Of a stretch of 64,000 bases of DNA, positions 61,301 to 64,000 are shown piece after piece. The position numbers and the translations under genes are program-made. Each line of letters starts with the position of its first letter. The first letter of the stretch is position 1. This DNA is from Heterodontus francisci (taxonomy: Eukaryota): contig NC_090399.1 in NCBI RefSeq assembly GCF_036365525.1, positions 54,592,430 to 54,656,429 on the forward strand, in the 5' to 3' direction. The notes below the pieces were generated by a model. It searched no databases and was not told where the DNA came from. It was given only the letters and a program-made list of their open reading frames with translations.

Positions 61301-62204
61301 AGATGACAAGAGGCTTCACGTCTGGAAGGTTTTAGTTTCAGTTTGAACTGTTACAACAGACAGTTGGTTTTTGCCTACCAGAAGAATAACAGCTCAGCTC
61401 TGTCTCTTGAAAATGAATCCTGTATTCAGTGTGTCAGATTCATATTTCCTTCTGTATTTGAAAAACCCTGCATGTTTGAAGAAACCTTGCACACCGAATG
61501 TGTGGGATCTGAAACCCCATTACAGCATTCCTACTGTAAGACCTATTTGTAGCCTCTGTAGCTGCAGCTCTTGGAAAGCCTACCCAAACTGATCTTCAAC
61601 ATCACCTGAAAGAACAGTTCTACTGAGATCCTAGTGACATCTGCCTATATGCAATTAGGATGCCGAATCAAAGCAAAGGATATCTTTCCATACCTTCTTT
61701 TCAGCCTAAGAGTTTTTTCACCTTCTGCTGCTGCAACAGCTATAAACAAAACTCCCTTTTAATTACGCAGTTGAGCGGTGTGTATATACTTGTGTGTGTG
61801 TGTGTGTGTGTGAGGTGCTAAGATAAATAAGGGTCTTTAATATTTCAATGTGTGTGTGTATGTTTTACTTCATTACTGGTCAAGACTTGGTTTATAATAA
61901 ACTGGTAATTTTGCTGTTTATTAAAGAAACCTTGTTAGTGTGTTTTATTCTGGGGAAAAATAGAGTGTATGATTGACTGTATCAGTAAGTGGGAAAATTT
62001 AAATATATTTGTGACCTGTGGAGAAGAGGGATTAGAATAAACACTGCACTCCTCCGGTCTTGGTCATAACAACACAGATTCCCTGAAGACAGCAGGACAG
62101 GTAGATAAGGCGATTAAGAATGCATAAGAGGTACTTTCCATTATTGAGCGTGGAGTGGATTATGAGAGCAGGGGTGTTATGCTAGAACTGCATAAAACAC
62201 TTTT

Positions 62205-62715
62205 GGATACAAAGTTCCATCTTCATTGTAGGACTCCCTCCATCGTGTTGGGTGGCACAACCACCATGTTCAGTGGGATCGACTCAGAACAGATGTGGAA
62301 TTGTATTCAGCCACAGTCTGTAAACTAATAACTTGGTAAATTCCTCACTGTATGAGTATCATCATCCACAGGACTAACCCTGTTTAAATGAGGAGTATAG
62401 GAGACATGCAGGGAACAGCACCAGGCATACCTAAAAATTAGCTGCTAACATGGTGAAGTTACAACATAAGATGACATAACATGCTAAATGGTGGAAACAG
62501 CATGCTTTAGAAAGAGTTAAGTGATCTCACAAACAATAGATCAGATCAAAGCTCTGCAGTCCTGCCAAATCCAGTTGTGATGGTGGTGGACAATTAAATA
62601 ATTAACTACAGAAGAAGGTTCGATGAACATCCCCATCTTCAATGATGGGGAGTCTGGTACATCAGTGAAAAAGATAAGGATGAAGCGTTTGCATTCACCA
62701 TCAATTAGAAGTGCA
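62205..62715 (+). mobile_element. Old LINE fragment
   Basis: IRSKLCSPAKSSCxWWWTIK, NIPIFNDG-like peptides. Confidence 0.5.
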
Positions 62716-62959
62716 GTGATCTATCACATGACAGTACTGGAAGGAGTTAACGTGTTCAATATTATATTTGTGTACCTGGCAAATCCTGTCAGTTGAGCTC
62801 ATGTGTAAAGACTTGGTCTGATAAATAGACATAAGATCTTATGATCTAAAATATAATGACATTCCAACTGAGCCAACCTGCCAAATGATCCACCCTGACA
62901 CAGAAAGGAAACACCCCAGGACATTACAAGAGCACAGAGTCACTCACTGTTTCAGTCAG

Positions 62960-62966
62960 TATAAAA
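62960..62966 (+). promoter_or_regulatory. TATA box
   Basis: TATAAAA 77 bp upstream of an ATG that opens a signal-peptide frame. Confidence 0.55.
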
Positions 62967-63036
62967 GCAGAAATCTCTGCAAGTCTGGATTCAGAACATT
63001 TCTGCTGCAGCTTTCTAATCCTGAGGAACTCTGTGG

Positions 63037-63172
63037 ATGATGATGAAGGCGTGCCTTTTAGTTCTTTGTTTTCTGGTGTTGAATCAGTGCCTTGCTGCAG
63101 GACTTAGAAGTGGCAAAGGTGGGAGAAGTGACAGCAGTGACAACAGTGAGCGCTCTGCTCGACATGATGAAG
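63037..63172 (+). CDS. Probable first coding exon of an unidentified secreted protein
   Basis: MMMKACLLVLCFLVLNQCLAAGLRSGKGGRSDSSDNSERSARHDE; signal-peptide n/h/c pattern; phase-1 donor GAAG|GTACAT (alternative AAAG|GTGGGA after 63118). Confidence 0.6.
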
Positions 63173-63379
63173 GTACATGAAAGTAAATGTCTCTGATCTC
63201 CCAGCAACCAGGGCTCAAACAGTTTCATCTTTAAACCACTTTATTCTCTTTGAAGTTCACGGTTTGATTAGTTGAATTAAGTTGATTGCATGAAAGACTG
63301 AAGAATTTATTGTAAACCAGTTCCCCAGGTAAATCCCCTGATTGATTATTCACTACCTGAGTGAGTAGAGGGAATGGTG

Positions 63380-63640
63380 AGCTGATCCTAACAGACCAGC
63401 AATAAAAGCACAGATTACTGGGTGATGCTAAGTTGGTGGATCTCAGCCGGAGCATTGACCCGGTTGGCAGACTCTGTAATTGGCCTCAGTACCCAGGTAC
63501 TACAGAGGGGAAACTCACAGTTGCTGCTCCCGATCACTACAACCTGCTGCAGAGTGTGAGAGTGAGGACAGGATCGGGAATTCCTTCAGTCCCTTTTCCC
63601 CACACTGACTGTGCAGTCTCACAGGTGAAGGATGGTGAAT
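63380..63640 (+). mobile_element. Ancient SINE-like repeat
   Basis: GATCTCAGCC...TAATTGGCCTCAG...TGCTCCCGATCACTA...GTGAGGACAGGATCGGG resembles a common shark SINE body (from memory). Confidence 0.4.
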
Positions 63641-63874
63641 TGGGAGCAATACTGGAGGTGTCTGTGGAATCAATCCCCAGACATGAGTCAGTTTTTCAAA
63701 ATATGTGGGGAGGAAATGGGAGTAAAAGGGTTTTAAACAGGTTTATTTAATTTTATTAATACTGCAGCTTTCATAGAGATGGGGATGTGAGAACATGCAT
63801 TAAGTAGATGTGACAAGTGGTGAAATGATCCATTGTCAGTAACTGGGTGTCAGTCTGCCTCAGTTGGGTGTTGA

Positions 63875-63995
63875 GTGAACAAGTTGTGGGTTGATGTCCC
63901 ACTCCAGTCCATACAGTCCAGCACTGGGGGAGTGCTGCTCTGCTGGAGGTGTCATGTTTTGGATGAACCATTAACTGGAGACCCGACTGGGACAT
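63875..63995 (+). mobile_element. DeuSINE-like fragment
   Basis: GTCCCACTCCAG...GGGAGTGCTGC...GGAGGTGTC...TTGGATGA. Confidence 0.4.
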
Positions 63996-64000
63996 TATTT

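Larger units (their letters stand above)
55039..62071 (+). mobile_element. Gmr1-type Ty3/Gypsy LTR retrotransposon (gag-PR-IN-RT), degenerate
   Basis: LTRs about 55039-56062 and 61051-62071; tRNA-Pro-like PBS TGAGGGCTTTTGTCGGGAT (56067); PPT AGGGTGGAGG; PR IFRDTRA; IN zinc finger YWPG...CKTCHMCQ (about 58.9-59.0 kb) upstream of RT WSSPVVLAPKPDG and LDD (60.3-60.7 kb); TSD CCAC/ACAC. Confidence 0.92.
48475..62200 (+). mobile_element. Old CR1 (5' UTR, ORF1, ORF2) split by RTE, PLE and Gypsy insertions
   Basis: Pieces 48475-48615, 50095-52585, 54756-55038, 62072-62200; ORF1 VVGDSIVRG, ORF2 IAITEMW, YLDFQKTFDKV. Confidence 0.75.

Noticed and set aside
63160-63180. Glucagon/GLP-like start R-HDEGT
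   Set aside because: Followed at once by TGA with no FTSD-like continuation; better explained as a splice donor
63433-63750. 105-aa ORF as exon 2 of the secreted-protein gene
   Set aside because: Overlaps SINE-like sequence; no recognisable protein motif

Overview
Vertebrate genomic DNA, almost certainly from a shark or other cartilaginous fish. The evidence is HE1-type SINEs, CR1, Tx1, RTE and Penelope retroelements, a 67-bp shark-type satellite and a shark-type MHC class I exon. By eye, the great majority of the window is transposon-derived or tandemly repeated. Host-gene signals are few: (i) one intact, correctly spliced MHC class I alpha-3 (Ig C1) exon on the minus strand (2829-3104), 233 bp from a 200-N assembly gap, with no alpha-1/alpha-2 exon visible in the following 60 kb; (ii) a TATA-driven first exon encoding a signal peptide and Ser/Asp-rich segment of an unidentified secreted protein (+, from 63037); (iii) a weak ankyrin-like orphan exon (about 13167-13348, -). 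Notable structures are five minimal hammerhead-ribozyme motifs in Penelope-like element ends, a pol-less LTR element with a decayed F-protein-like envelope, a Gmr1-type Gypsy element (integrase before RT), an RTE insertion with a twin-priming-type 5' inversion, a 23-kb mosaic (8.5-31.7 kb) of direct and inverted duplications whose junctions suggest LINE-mediated ectopic recombination, and two reconstructable micro-inversions. Family calls come from recognising motifs by eye, not from database searches. Repeat boundaries are approximate unless a TSD is quoted.
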